This document shows positions 1 through 12,920 of a DNA stretch of 64,000 nt, piece after piece. The notes beneath the pieces were generated by a model, which ran no database searches, was not told the DNA's origin, and saw nothing but the letters and a program-made list of their open reading frames with translations. Each line of letters begins with the position of its first letter. The stretch's first letter is position 1. Origin of the DNA: Squalus acanthias (Eukaryota); NCBI GenBank assembly GCA_030390025.1, contig CM059432.1, positions 87,980,001 to 88,044,000 of the forward strand, in the 5' to 3' direction. Position numbers and translations under genes: made by a program.

Positions 1-3000
1 TTTTCTTTTCCGAGTGCTTCTATGAGATGCAACCCTTGTGGCTTCAGCAGAGGTAGAGGCAGGCTGCTCACTTCCCTGCTGCGACTGGTTAGACCCTTTT
101 GGCGGACGTCCTCTGGGTTTTGGAGCCTGTGATGGCCTCGCCCAAGTCTGCTCCTCTTGCGACTGTGCAGGGGCAGACTCGGCCATCGGGATCTGAGGAA
201 ACATGTGGGGCTCTGACTGAGGGGGAGGCAATAGGATAGAAGTGTGAGCGCTTTGAAAAGGGCCCCCACTTCCATGTCCCCTCTCACCATCATCTCTCTC
301 ATGGGCCACTCGCACTTCCCTGCTAGCAAGAAGCTGGAGAGCACCTTGCTGCACAGCAGTGGGGCGATGAACACCCAAGTCGATGTTTACATCCCTCCTA
401 GAGAGGAGGTCTATGAATGCCTGCCACAGATAGTATGTGCTCATGTGACTGACGCATTAGCTGCTCCATGCAGGTGGCCATCCTTTCCATGGAACAGCAC
501 ATCGTCGCCATCGCCTGCGAGATGGTGGTGCTCATGTTGGAGATGGACTCCTCCATTCTCTGAACATTTGCAGACATCATGGCTGCAAACGATGCCAGAG
601 CCTCATGCAATTGTTGCTGCCCCTCCAAGATCACCCTCTTTCTCGATGGCCCCCGAGGCTCAGCATCTGCATCCAGCTCAGCAAAGCTTGGAGCATCCTG
701 TGCCCTCCGGCGAGGAGTCTCCACTCCTGTCCCTGTCAACATCACCTGCTCTTGCTCACTTGTGAAGTGTGAGACACCAGGTAACAACTCTACTCTATCT
801 CGCACAGGACCCACCGAGGTGTGCGTATCTGCGCTGGTGCTGGGTGCCCTTGGGTCTGCTGCCGATGCACCCTCAGAGGCTGGAGATTCCTCTGAGGAGT
901 TGTCTTCCTCCTCCGGCTGGACAGTGTCCGGGGCGGGTGGGGGGAGGGGGGGTGGTGGTACTTGATGGACCTGTGGGAGAGTAATGAGATGATTTAGAAG
1001 TGTTATGTTAAGAATGGGTTACGTTACCATTATGCACATGATGAAAATTCACTGGCTGCTGACATCAGTCACCATATGAGTGACTGTTGTGCCATGTGAC
1101 TGTATGAGATGTGATTCTGTCACCATTTGTTGGGATATCCTCCTCTCTCCGTCTCCAACCGCCAGCAGCTCTGCAACTCCTGATATGTCCAGGGCCCCCT
1201 ACTCTGCTGGAGTCAGTTGCATGAATACTGGAGGGCCACTCCCGCACCTTCTGTGCTCTTTTCTCCTGCAAGGATGGAAAAAAGAGAAGTTTGAGTGACT
1301 GTGATGGAATGAGTGTAAGGAATGGATGGGTTACATCTGTAGAGGGTGACTATGAGGGAGTGGGGTGCCAATGCCAAATGGCCTCTTTCTGTGGTGTTAC
1401 TTGCTATGATTGCATTAGGATGAGGGTGAGTGTCAGGGGTGGTTAGTCATCGAGTCATAGAGCCATAGAGTCATAACGGCACAGAAGGAGGCCATTCGGC
1501 CCATTGAGTCTGTGCCGGCTCTCTGTACAGCAATCCAGTCAGTCCCATTACCCCGCTCTATCCCCGTAGCCCTGCAAGTTTATTTCCCTCAAGTGCCTAT
1601 CCAGTCTCCCCTTGAAAACATTGAGTGTCTCCGCTTCCATCACTTCCGTTGGCAGCGAATTCCAGGTCAGCACCACTTGTTGTGTAAAAAAGTTTTTCCT
1701 CACGTACCCCCTGTATCTCTTGCCCAAAACCTTAAATCTGTGTCCCCTAGTCCTTGTACCATCAACTACTGGGAACAGCCTTTCCCCGTCTAGCCTATCC
1801 AAACCCGTCATAATCTTGTACACCTCTATCACCCCTCAACCTCCTTTGCTTTAATGAAAACAAATCCAGCTTCTCCAACCTGTCCTTGTAGCTAAGATCC
1901 CGCATCCCCGGAACCATTCTGGTAAATCTCCTCTGCACCCTCTCAAGTGCCTTCACGTCCTTCCTAAAGTGTGGTGACCAGAACTGGATGCAATACTCCA
2001 GCTGTGGCCTAAACAGCGCTTTATAAAGGCTCAGCATAACTTCTCTACTTTTGTACTCAATACCTCTATTTATGAAGCCCAAGATCCCATATGCTTTGTT
2101 AACCATTCTCTCAATATGTCCTGCCACCTTCAGGGATCTATACACATTAACTCCCAGGTCCCTCTGTCCCTGCACACTCTTTAAAACTATGCCATTAAGT
2201 GTATATTGCCTCTCCCTGTTCCTTTAGCCAAAATGCATCACCTCACACTTCTCTGTATTAAATTCCATCTGTCACTTGTCTGCCCATTCTGCTAGCCTTT
2301 CTATGTCCTGTTGCAGTCGATTGGTATCATCATCACTGTTTGCCACACCCCCAAGTTTGGTGTTAACGGTAAATTTAGAAATTCTACTCTGTATTCCAAT
2401 ATCCAGGTCATTTATATATATATATCAAAAAACGTTAGTCAGATTGGGATGTGAGTATGTACATAGACAGAGAGGGATGGGTGGACGTGCAAGGTGGGTT
2501 GGTGTGAGGATTAAGCTTGGGAAGGCAGAGTGATGGGGATGTGTTGACAGGCACATCAGGATGAGGCTGAGTGTGGCCTTGCACTCACCTTTCCTGACCT
2601 CATGAGATCATTGTATTGTTTCCTGCACTGTATCCAGGTCCTACTGACCACATCCCTGCTGCTGACCTCCTCTGCAATCTCCAACCATGCCCTTTTGGTG
2701 TCTTTGGGAGGTCTCTTGCGCCTATCTGCAGGGAACAGGACCTTCCTGCGTGCTCTCACTGCCTCCACCAGGATGCATCACTGAATCTGGGTGCAGCCCT
2801 CTGCCTTTGAGTATCCAACATTTATAGTTTTGAACAGTAATGAGACGTTTCTATTTCACCTTGCACACTCCTCTAGCAACCTTCAAATGAGATGTGCGTA
2901 AGGCTGCTTTAAATATCGGCACTGGAAATTAGTCATCGATGACATCATCAGACCCGCTCCATTTAATTGGGCCGGGAAACACGCATGACTGCTTTAAGTG

Positions 3001-3100
3001 GGGCCATTAAGTTAAAGTCGCCCTGAGCAAAACATCGCATTCCCGACCTGCTACGTGGCCCGCACGCACCAGACCCGACTCCAAGGTAAAAATCCTAGCC
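1..3100 (-). mobile_element. PIF/Harbinger element (truncated by window start) with a degenerate 3-exon Myb/SANT gene on minus
   Basis: Exon-1 remnant 2821-2589 (APRFSD...SRTWIQCRKQYNDLMRSGK, donor GTGAGT); exon-2 remnant ~1268-1100 (QEKRAQKVRE); exon-3 remnant below ~975 homologous to 11525-12663; terminus AAAATCCTAGCC at 3089-3100. Confidence 0.8.
1450..2433 (-). mobile_element. CR1 LINE, 5'-truncated, inserted in intron 1 of the Harbinger Myb gene
   Basis: RT C-terminal peptides (LYKALFRPQLEYCIQFWSPHFRKDVKALERVQRRFTRM; TRGHRFKV); 8-bp tail repeats; TSD GTTAGTCA at 1442-1449 and 2434-2441. Confidence 0.92.
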
Positions 3101-3796
3101 TATAGATCTGACTTTAGCCCTGCCTGCCCAGTGAAAATGGAGCGGGTGAGTGGTTAAAATGGCGGTCACGCGCTTACCGCTGTGTTCCTGATGTGTTCTT
3201 GCCTGCCACCATTTTAACTGCTAGATTTTCAGCAGTGCCGGGGCCACCCACTGCAGGTAGTCGGGGGCCTCATTAATATTTAAATATCGGGGTCTGATGA
3301 TGTAATTCGGAACTCGATGCGATCTTAACTGCCGATCGTGTCAGTGGCCCCCAATGCTAGAACCGCCAGTGAAAACTACCAACAGGAGTGCTCCTTCACC
3401 TGCCGCTAAATCCATAGCCTGCTTCTGAGTCACTATATCGAATCAGCTTGGATACTAGATTTACAGAACAGTATACTGCGGATAGGAGTGGTATTATATT
3501 GATAGCAAAAACATACATCAAATCACTGTACAATGGATAGGAGATCAGCTTCAATTGTTACAAGTTAAAAATGTAAGAAGCAAAAGCCAACTCTAGCTCA
3601 AATATATGGCAATAATATGTAAAGGTTTTAAAATCAAGCATTGTAGCTTATACAATAAAGAAAAACACCCTTTGATATAGAAAGTAGCACATGTAACACA
3701 GCAACACTCAAAACCTGAACCCTTGCCTTTCAGACTTACAAATATTCCTATTTGTGAAACCCAAACTCTGTCACCAGTAACAGATTATATAAATGT

Positions 3797-4981
3797 CAAG
3801 CAAGGCTGTGTCATCGCACCGACGCTCTTCTCGATCTTCCTTGTGGCAATGCTCTATCTCACCCTCAGTAAGCTCCCCGCTGGAGTGGAGCTAATTTACA
3901 GAACAAACGGGAAACTGTTCAACCTCCGTCGCCTCAGTCCAGATCCAAGGTCGTCCCTTCCTCTGTCGTCGAATTACAGTATGCAGACGACGCTTGCGTC
4001 TGCGCACACTCGGAGGTTGAACCCCAAACCATCATTAACACCTTCACCGAAGCGTACGAGAGCATGGGCCTTACACTAAACATCAGTCAGACAAAGGTCC
4101 TCTACCAACCTACCCCCGCCACACAGTACTGCCCCCCGATTATCAAAATCCATGACGAGGCCGTGGACAACGTGGACCACTTTCCATACCTCGGGAGCCT
4201 ACTGTCAACAAGGGTAGACGTCGATGACGAAGTCCAACACCGCCTTCAGTGTGCCAGTGCAGCCTTCGGTCGCCTGAGGAAGAGAGTGTTTGAAGACCAG
4301 GACCTCAAACCCGGCACCAAGCTCATGGTCTACAGAGCAGTAGTAATACCCGCCCTCCTGTATGCCTCAGAGACATGGACCATGTACAGCAGGCACCTCA
4401 AAGCACTGGAGAGGTACCACCAACGCTGCGTCCGCAAGATCCAGCAAATCCATTGGCAGGATAGGCGCACCAACGTCAGTGTTCTCGCTCAGGCCAACAT
4501 CCCCAGCATCGAAGCTTTGACCACGCTCGCTCAGCTCCGATGGACGGGTCACATCGTCCGCATGCCCGATATGAGACTTCCAAAACAAGCGCTCTACTTG
4601 GAGCTCCGACACGGCAAGAGAGCCCCAGGTGGGCAGAAGAAATGCTTCAAGGACACCCTCAAAGCCTCCTTGAAAAAGTGCAACATCTCCACCGACACCT
4701 GGGAATCCCTGGCCCAAGACCGTACAAAGTGGAGGAGAAGCACCCGGGAAGGCGCCGAATACCTCAAGTCTCTTCGCCGGGAGCAAGTGGAAGCCAAGCG
4801 CAAACAGCGGAAGGAGCGCACGTCAACCCAAGCACCCCACCCACCCGCCCCTTCAACCACCATCTGCCCCACCTGTGACAGAGACTGTAGGTCCCGCATT
4901 GGACTCATCAGTCACCTGAGAACTCATTTTTAATGTGGAAGCAAGTCATCCTCGGTTCCGAGGGACTGCCTAAGAAGAAGG
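3797..4981 (+). mobile_element. RTE-clade LINE, 5'-truncated (RT C-terminus plus C2H2 finger, one frameshift)
   Basis: VKQGCVIAPTLFSIF, QYADD, VDHFPYLGS, LRWTGHIVRM, CPTCDRDCRSRIGLISHLRTH; very short 3' UTR ending (AAG)n; TSD ATATAAATGT at 3787-3796 and 4982-4991. Confidence 0.9.
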
Positions 4982-5224
4982 ATATAAATGTGTCATCACA
5001 AATACAATTGTATATATTTTTCATTTATAACCACCAATGGTTAACAGAACTAAATAAGGTTTGCTTCATGCGGTGATTGTGTTAGTACTATTTTAGAATC
5101 TATACTAATTGCTTCTATGGCTGTCAGGACTCTGGAGTTTGGATTGTTTTGCCTCTGTGGCCACCTGGTGGACATTTTGAGCACTTCCAACAGTCAACCT
5201 AACCTAATTGATGTCATATTGGAT

Positions 5225-6973
5225 GGATAGATGTATAAAGTTGGATTGGAAAGTTTGCTTTGTGGTGGCTTTTATTTCAGCATTGTGACCAAGAGGAGGC
5301 TGTGATGGTCAGTAACAGAGGGAAGGTAAGATGTGGGACAAATGTTGAAAGGGGAATTGGGGATTGTGGTCACTGGTACCACAGGTGGATGATTCCATCC
5401 CGGATATCCTGGCCAGAAAGGGGCTATCTGGGACGCATCCTTCTTTCTGCTACCTCCTCTTCTGCTTCCTCCTCTTCTGTGTCTTCCTCTTCCCTCAGCG
5501 AGCGGATGCTGTATATCTGAAATATCAGCATAAAATGCTGGAAATACTCAGGGTCAGGCAGCATCTTGACCTGAGACATGGGGGGCGATTTTGCCGGCGC
5601 TCAGGGGTCAGGTTTGGAGGCGGGACTGCTGGCAAAATCAAAAAGATTGGCAGCGGGTCCCGAACCCGCTTCCAACCCGCCTCCAATCAATCTTCCCGGG
5701 AGTCGGGAACCTGATTTGCGCAGGGACCCGACTCCTAGCGGTGGGAAGAGGATTATAGCCACTTAACTGCCTGTTAACAGGTACTTAACGGGCAGTTAAG
5801 AGGCTTTTTCCAATTTTGACACTTCTACTGCGGGCTTCCCGACGTCGGGAAATCCCGCCAGGGTAAGTGTGGCGTGCTTTGGGTCTACTGTAATGTTTGT
5901 GTATAGATGACAGCTGCAGAAGTGGTGTGAAGGATCTAATGGGACACTGGTGAGTTGCAGAGGTAAGAAAATGTTGGGAAAGTCATTTTTAATGTGTTTA
6001 GAATTTTCTGTACGTGACAAGTTTTGAAGTGTTTGTGTAATCCCACCTCATTGGGAGAACTTCTCTCACCAGTGACAGATCGCTTCTGTAACCTCACCTG
6101 CAGCTGCCATCTGTTTTAGCCTAAGGAGAGAGTCACTGGAGAGCCTGGGGGCAATGGCTCACCTTTGTACAGTGATTGTCAGTGTTTGCAGCACCTCAAT
6201 GCTGTCAAACACTGAAGAAAATCATCTGTTAAAAAGAAATGGTGGTGGCCCCTTTAAGAAAATCGGCAGATGCCGCGTCATCAACTGACGTCATCTGACA
6301 CCGGCTTTCACTTAATTGGCCAGCAAGCCTGCGGGGCGGGCTTAACAAGGCCAATTGACGCAAAATAGCGTCTGTGCGTCGGACGTCGCTGGGGGCGGGA
6401 CTAGAACCCGAAAGGCAGCAGTCCCACCGCCAATGCGCCTCTTCAGGTAAGATCCCAGTGTTTCTATCTCCACAGATGTTGCCTGACCTGCTGATATTTG
6501 CAGCATTTTCTGTCTTCTCAGAGGCCTTCCTTTACCATTCGAGGCCTTTCAAGCATCCAGCAGCACTCTCTACACACTTAAAAAACTTTTAACATCTATT
6601 GCAGCAAATCACTACTTCAATAAATTAAAAAAAAACAATTCCAAAAGTTTAAATGCAAACTTACCTGAAAGATGTATGTGTCCCTTTAAGAGGTGCTGAC
6701 AGCACCTCTGTCAGTGTGCTTGCACACTAGATTTACCTGGCGTGCTTAGGACCCAGCGGGGTTGAAGTTCGCAGTGGCGACGTTAAGACAGTTAAGATGT
6801 CACCACGCCGCCATTTTTTTTCAGGGCGTTACTTAAGAACGGCAGCGCTACTGGGACATCAAAAATGGAGAATGCCATGGGATCCGCCACCAGCTGGCGG
6901 AAGAGGGGCAGCCGCCGCTTTATTGACTTAACGCCACGCTAACGGGTGGCGCTAAAGTGAGGAATTTCTCCCA
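5225..6973. mobile_element. Deleted Harbinger-family remnant, interrupted by a Penelope-type repeat and a MITE
   Basis: 5230-5500 and 6515-6700 align by eye with 54005-54600 of the Harbinger derivative at 51957-54872. Confidence 0.6.
5581..6455. mobile_element. Harbinger-type MITE
   Basis: Begins GGGGGCGATTTTGCC...GGTTTGGAGGCGGGAC, the reverse complement of the right ends at 14658 and 55698; CRE TGACGTCA at 6286; far terminus degenerate. Confidence 0.65.
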
Positions 6974-7254
6974 CCTATTGTTCCTTTATATTAGATTGTA
7001 TTGCTTTCCATTGCAATCTACTACCCATGACTTGAACTTAGATCTTGAAATAGATTTTGCAATAATTTCAATTTATAAAAGCATAGATGAGTTTTATCTG
7101 AATGAATGAATAATTCACAATAAAGTATTCATGAATTTTTTTCAAAATTACTTACAGTAATAGCAGAAACCTAGCTCAAACAAGGGGAGGAACGGACACT
7201 TAATATTTCTGGCTACAATGTATTCAGGAAAGATAGGCAAGGAAAGGAGCCAAT

Positions 7255-9175
7255 TACTTGCCAATCTTTGATTCCAATCCACCTGGGCCAGATCCCTTTA
7301 CAACTCACTGAAATTAGCCCTCCTCCAGAGGAGTATTTTTCACATTTGATTTTTCCTTGTCCTTTTCCATAAGAACTCTAAACCTAATGATATTATGATC
7401 ACTGTTTCCCAAATGCTCTCCCACTGAAATTGCTCCACTTGCCCCAATTCATTCCCCAGAACTAGATCCAGCACTGCTTCCTTCCTCATTGGGCTGGAAA
7501 CATACTGATCAAGAAAGTTCTCTTGTATACATTTCAGGAATTCTTCTCCTTCTTTGCTCTTTACACTGTTATTTTCCCAGTCTGTATTCGGATAATTGAA
7601 GTCCCACATTATCACTAATCTAAAGTTCTTGCATCTTTCTGCAATTTGCCTTCAAATTTGCTCCTCTATCTCCTTCTCACTATTTGGTGGCCTATAGTAT
7701 ACACCCAGCCAACCTTCCCTCTAAGTTGTGTAGCTCGGGACCGGCTTTTCCAATGTTAAGTTTTGGGCGAAACTGTGAATGGGCCGTGCATCCAAAAAAA
7801 TTAGAGGGAACATTGCACCCAGCAGTGTAATAGCTCCTCCATTGTTCCTCAATTCTAACCAAATAGATTTTGTCTTTGAACCCTCAAGTACATCATCCCT
7901 TTCTAGTGCTGTAGCAGTATCTTTGATCAATACTGCCCCCTGCCCTCCTTTTTTCCTTGCCTATCTTTCCTGAATACATTGTAGCCAGGAATATTAAGTG
8001 CCCATTTCTCCCCTTGTTTGAGCAGGTCTCAGTTATTGCCACTATATCATAATCTCATGTGGCTACTTGTGCTTGCAGTTCACCAACCTGATTTACCACG
8101 CTCCATGCATTTACACACATGTACTCCAAACCCATCGTAGTCTGCCTCACATTCCCCCCTGTCTGATCCATCCTATTTCTGAACTACTCTTTATTCTAAT
8201 GCTGTTTGTCTCTCCCAGTTCTCTGTGCACCTTGTATCTCCTCTCTAATGCTTCATCCTGGTCCCCTATCCCCAGCCAAATTAGTTTAAACCCTCCCCCA
8301 AAGAATTAGTTAACCTCCCTGCGAGAACATTGGTCCCAGTCCTGTTGAGGTGCAACCCATCCAACTTGTACAGGTTCCTCCTGCCCCAGAACTGGTCCCA
8401 ACGCCCCAGGAATCTGAAGCCCTCCCTGCTGCACCATTTCTCCAGCCATGTGTTAACCTGTCTTATCTTACTGCTCCTATACTCAGTAGCACGTGGCACT
8501 GGGAGTAATCCAGAGATTACTACCTTTGAGGCCCTGCTCTTTAACTACCTCCCTAGCTCCTGAAAACTCTGTCTGTAGGACAACCCTTTTCCTACCTATG
8601 TCATTGGTTCCAACATGGTTCCCTTTCCCCTTGCAAAATGGTCTGCACCCTCTCAGTGATGTCCTTTGTCCTGGCACCAGGGAGGCAACACACAATGCAA
8701 GACTGGTGGTTGCAGATACGTCTGTCTATCTCTCTGATTATCGAATCCGCTATGACTACTGCATTTCTACACTTTGCTGTGCCCCCACTGTGCAGTCATT
8801 TGCCCATGGTGCCCTGCATGTGATCTAAACTGCACTCCCCGATTTTAGAGTGCCACTCTCCCAGAGGATTCCTACACTGCCTGCCTCTTCCTACCCTGCC
8901 GGATGGCCACCCACTTAGTATTCTCCTGAACTCTCTGTAGCTGCGGGGTGACCACCTCCTGGAACATGCACTCCAGGAAATTCTCAGCCTCCCATATGCC
9001 CTGCAGTGACTCCAGCCACTCCTCAAACTCACAAACCCTGAGCATGACTTTGAGCAACTGGAGGCACATCCTGCGCACGTGATTATCCAGGACACATGAA
9101 GCATTCTGTAGTTTCCACATGGCACAGGAATTGCAGGCAACAGGTCTCAGCTGTCCCATCACTTTACTTAAAAGT
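7255..9175 (-). mobile_element. CR1 LINE 5' portion: ORF1 (zinc finger plus SGNH esterase-like domain) and APE endonuclease, decayed
   Basis: ORF1: VACNSCAMW, HVGTNDIG, LDGLHLNRTGTNVL. EN: IWLELRN, DFNYPNTDW, ENFLDQYVSSPMRKEAVLDLVL. Confidence 0.88.
7710..7815. mobile_element. 106-bp hAT-type MITE
   Basis: TIRs CAACCTTCCCTCTAA / TTAGAGGGAACATTG (13/15); 8-bp TSD CACCCAGC at 7702-7709 and 7816-7823; interrupts the CR1. Confidence 0.85.
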
Positions 9176-9179
9176 CTTT

Positions 9180-9865
9180 GGGGGAAAAACTGGGTCGCGA
9201 CCCCTTTGGGGCGCTAAGTTCACCGGGGCGCTACTCCCAAAAAAGTTGGCGCCCCCGCACCCAAAATTCACCAGTAGCGCTACTGGAAGCATCCCACCTC
9301 CCTCTTGGGGCGCTGTGGGTGAATAGCGTGGCGCAACATGCCGCAGTACTGCAGGCCATCCTCCCCTTATTAAAGGGGAGGGGCCGAGCGCAGCGTGACC
9401 CGGGGCCCAGCTGGGCCACCAGGGATCGGACTGCCAGCAAAAGAGCCCAGCAATCAAGAGAAGTGTCGGGCTCATGGAGCGCAGCCGGCACCCCGCGGGA
9501 GACCTTCACAGAAGGCCGGGGACGGCAAAGCGGGCAGGTGCTGTCAGGCGGCCAGCAACAAAAATGGCCGCCCGGCACCTTCCCTTTAATTTGCGCCGCC
9601 CCGCCCACAGGTAGGCCCCCCTGACCCTGTCGGATATAGCGTCCGGCGGTAAGTCAGGGGGAGCTACTGAAAATCGCGGCTGGGGCGCTGCGCATGGCGA
9701 TGACGTCATCGTCGGCAGTGCAGCGCCGCGGGGCGCTAACGGTTACCGCCGCTGCTAACCTCCCGCTGAATTTCGTGGGAGGCGTTAGCGGCGCCGCGCC
9801 CAGGCGCTAGTTGCTTTGCGCACTGTTAGCGCCCTATTAGGCGCAAATCAAACGAATTTTCCCCC
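9180..9865. mobile_element. GC/CpG-rich TIR MITE (same family as 57256-57955)
   Basis: Ends GGGGGAAAAAC.. / ..GAATTTTCCCCC; colinear similarity with 57256-57955; CRE at 9701. Confidence 0.75.
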
Positions 9866-9989
9866 CTATCTACTTATGTTTTTATATATATATCTAGATC
9901 TCTTATATTATTTATATAAATATATATATATGCTTTTTGTTTCGTATCCCCTTACCCCTATTTATTATTTATGTATACCAGATTTTTAT

Positions 9990-10270
9990 TTAAGATTTGA
10001 GGTAATTGGCAAAAGAACCAGATGCAACATGAGAAAAAATACATTCCGCAGTGAGTTGTTTGATCTGGAACGCACTGCCTGAAAGGTTGGTGGAAGCAGA
10101 TTCAATAATAACTTTCAAAAGGGAATTCGATAAATACTTGAAGAGCAAAATTTGCAGGGCTATGGGGAAAGAGCAGGGGAGTGGGTCTAATTGGAGAGCT
10201 CTTTCAAAGAGCTGGCACATGCACGATGGACCGAATGGCCTCCTTCTGTGGTATATCATTCTATGATTAT
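9990..10270 (+). mobile_element. CR1 3' end fragment
   Basis: WNALPERLVEADSIITFKREFDKYL followed by the CR1 3' motif GACCGAATGGCCTCCTTCTGTG. Confidence 0.85.
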
Positions 10271-10638
10271 GAGTTGAACTTCAGTTATCCAGACACCTTG
10301 AGAATGGAAGGCCGTTCTTCACACTGAACTAGGCAACACGGAGATTACTGAATAACAGATATCATGGGGGTGATTTTCCCAATGGAGGCGGGTTTCGGTT
10401 TGGGTGGGTTCCAAACTCACCTCCACTGTCAGGTGGGAAAAATTTGCGATTTTCCCCTAATTGGCCAGTTGATTTCAGAGGTGTGGGTTCCCCTGGGCCA
10501 ATTAGTGTTTTGGGACTGAAACTCGCCTCTGCTGACATCACTTATCCAGCTTCATTTAAGGGCTGCTTGCTGCCTTGGCTCATTCCACTGGTTTTTGGTC
10601 GATGGTGCACCACCTCCAGACTTTTATCTCCTTGAAGA

Positions 10639-12663
10639 ATGGCCAGCTCCAAGGCAAGGGCCTCCCCGAGGTTCTCAGATGAGGCGCTGGGAATGTTGGT
10701 TGAGGGGGCGAGAGCTAGCAGGGAGGTGCTCTTCCCCTCATCTGAGAAAGAAACCAAGGCTGTCTGGGTACAGCTGGCAAGGGATATAACCTCCAGATCA
10801 GTGTGCAGCAGGACATGGCTGCAGTGCCGTAAAAGATTCAATGACCTTGTAAGATCAGGCAAAGTGAGTATACCTTCAGCTTGACCCTCCTTCTGCTCCC
10901 CTTCTCCTCTCATCACCAGCACACTGCATTGTCAACTTCCTCCTCCACATCCCACTTTACCCTTACAACCCTTGCACCCTTCACCATTCCTCTCACTCTA
11001 TGAACTCAATCACTTCACTATTCGACTATACTGCCCTCACACTCCCTTTCAATGTTATGCAATGACAACGACTAACAACGCACATGGAGGGCCCTTGGAC
11101 ATGGAACCTCACTCCATCTTTGTCTCCTTCTAAGCATCTATGCTCTGGACTCTCTACACTCACTCCATCATTCTCACTCCAACTCCACTTGTCTCCCTCA
11201 CTGCAGGAAAAGAGAGCCCACAAAAGAAGGGAAAGGGCAAAGACAGGAGGATGGCCACCTTCCCTCGCCCTTCTCACCCAGGCTGAAGAGGCGGCCCTGG
11301 ACATCACCGGCGCAGAGGTGGAGGTGGAAGTGGGGGACGGACAGACAGGCGGGGCAGAGCAAGCTGGTGACAGAATAGTTTTGCGTCTCTCTCATTTACA
11401 CTGCTTGAGTGACTGAAATGGCTGCTGGTGTACATTATTAGAATGCCACTTGAGCATCTGCACTATTGCATGTGCATGCCACACTTCCGTCAAATGTCTA
11501 ACCCATGCCTTTACTCCCCCACAGGACCATCCACAGAGCCCCCCCCCCCCCCCCCCACTGTCGACGAGGAAGAGGCTGAGCAGCAAGACTCCTCAGGAGA
11601 ACCTGCAACCTCTGAGGACGCAGCGTCAGCAGAATTAAGCGCACCCAGCACCAGCGCAGATACGCTCACCTCGGTGGGACCTTCGGGACATAGAGTAGTG
11701 TTGTCACCGTGTGTATCACATCTCACAGGTGAACATCAGCAGGTGGTGGAGACAGGGACAGCAGTGGAGAGTCCTTGTCGGAGGTCGCAGGACTCTCTGA
11801 GCATTGCTCTGCTGCATGTGGACCCTGTGCCTCTGGGTCCATCCAGAAGGAGAGTGGTGCTGGAACTCCAGGAACAGGTGCAGGAGTCTCTGACAGGTTT
11901 TGTCTCCAGGGTCACTGTGAGTGTGGAGAGAATGGAGGAGTCCAACTCTAACATGAGCAGTGCCTTTGTGGAGGCAATGGAGCATGAACGCACCACCACG
12001 GAAAGGATGGCAACCTCCGTGGAAAGGATGGCTACCTCCGTGGTAATGATGGCTACCTCTCTGGAAAGGGTGTCTACCTCTCTGGAAAGGGTGCCTACGG
12101 TAGAGGAGAGGATGGCTACGGTCATGGAGGAAATCAGTCGCCAGAGTCTGGAAAACATGGTGAATGTTCAGAATAGACTGACATCTCTGGAGAAGCGATG
12201 GGCAGCTATTGAACAGAGAAACCAGAGCTTCATGGAAGTCCTTTTGAGTAGGCCTGCCAGTGCAGATACGGGTCCCCATGGCCCCCCTGATGTGCAGCAA
12301 GGTGCTCTCAAGCCACTTGCAAGCGCTGAGGTGGATCTGATCCATGAGAGGGAAGTTGGTGGCAGAGAAAAAGGAAGTGGGGGCTCCTCTCCAAGCGCTC
12401 ACACTTCCATGCTACTGCATAGTCCTATGTCAGAGCCCCACCAGAGTCCGCACCCAACTGAGATGGGCGTCTCAGCCCCTGCACTGCCGCAGGATGAGCA
12501 GACGTTTGGCGAGCCCTCACAGGCTCGGAAACCCAGAGGACGCCCGCCAAAGGTGTCGAAGCAGGAGCAGCATGAAAGTGAGCAAGGGGCCTCTACTTCT
12601 GCTGAAGCCACAGGGGGAGCACCAGGTAGGAGCACGCGTAAGAGAAAAATAAAGCACCATTAG
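10639..12663 (+). CDS. Harbinger Myb/SANT-like DNA-binding protein; predicted exons 10639-10863, 11207-11366, 11525-12663 (507 aa, open)
   Basis: PRFSDEAL...W...RTWLQCRKRFNDL trihelix motif; GT-AG junctions with compatible phases (0, 1); 225+160+1139=1524 nt with no internal stop. Confidence 0.85.
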
Positions 12664-12920
12664 TCACAGGGGTAGGCACTTGGGTGATTGTTTCTGTTTA
12701 TTGATGAAATGCCATCCCTGTTTGATTGTATTAAAATGAGGTGATGGCAAACTGTTGGCGTGATGGCATCTGTTATTTCGCCTTAGGCAACTCCACATTG
12801 CGGGCTCCGCGACACTTGCGTGGTCAGGTTGGTGGTCAGAGTGAAAGGAGGCTAGAGAGTCATGTCCAATGTCTATCATGTGTTAAGAAAGAGCCAAGCA
12901 CATGTGCCACAATGGGCAAC

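Noticed and set aside
9180..9865. CpG-island promoter or GC-rich gene (also 57256-57955 and 42528-43418)
   Set aside because: Multi-copy and bounded by TIRs; the overlapping ORFs reflect GC richness.
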